NCBI GenBank assembly: GCA_036172245.1
Contig: JAYWIR010000045.1
Coordinates: 372,001 to 436,000, forward strand
DNA from: Raillietiella orientalis
Lineage: Eukaryota
DNA: 64,000 bases
Reading direction: 5' to 3'
A program made the translations under genes and the position numbers. Positions 63,901 through 64,000 of the stretch are shown here, piece by piece. Within the stretch, counting starts at the first letter, position 1. The number at the start of each line of letters is the position of its first letter. Below the pieces are notes generated by a model. It ran no database searches and had not been told where the DNA came from. It saw nothing but the letters and a program-made list of their open reading frames with translations.

Positions 63901-64000
63901 AAGCTTGTCAGCTTAGCTACAGATGAATCCCAGCCAATGGTTTGTAACCCGATTACTCTAGAAGTTTACTGGAAAAACAAAAACACAATTAACATGCAAT

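Overview
Eukaryotic nuclear DNA, probably from an invertebrate animal (arthropod-like: 44-60 nt GT-AG introns, mariner/Tigger/RTE/L1-Tx1 relics, a NUMT-like island). I found no prokaryotic genes, rRNA or CRISPR. There are two compartments. (1) About 1-49 kb is a mostly GC-rich graveyard with no intact gene. It holds three tandem decayed BCS1-like AAA-ATPase copies (-), four copies of an ~0.8 kb SINE-like family with a double tRNA T-arm/B-box head and ~39-bp internal repeats (all +), and five fragments of one L1/Tx1-like LINE family (all +). Three of those LINE copies end in a conserved AATAAA+hairpin terminus without poly(A). It also holds a mariner fold-back built from two 3' ends, a putative ND2 NUMT and a degenerate type-I hammerhead-like fold. 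(2) About 49-64 kb is AT-rich and genic. It holds a 5-exon gene for an unknown, probably secreted ~570-aa protein (+) whose long intron contains RTE and Tigger relics and two palindromes, a convergent intact 7-exon choline/ethanolamine phosphotransferase gene (-), and two apparently decayed NUP210-like segments (-). All homology calls come from motif recognition by eye against remembered family sequences; no database search or folding program was run.
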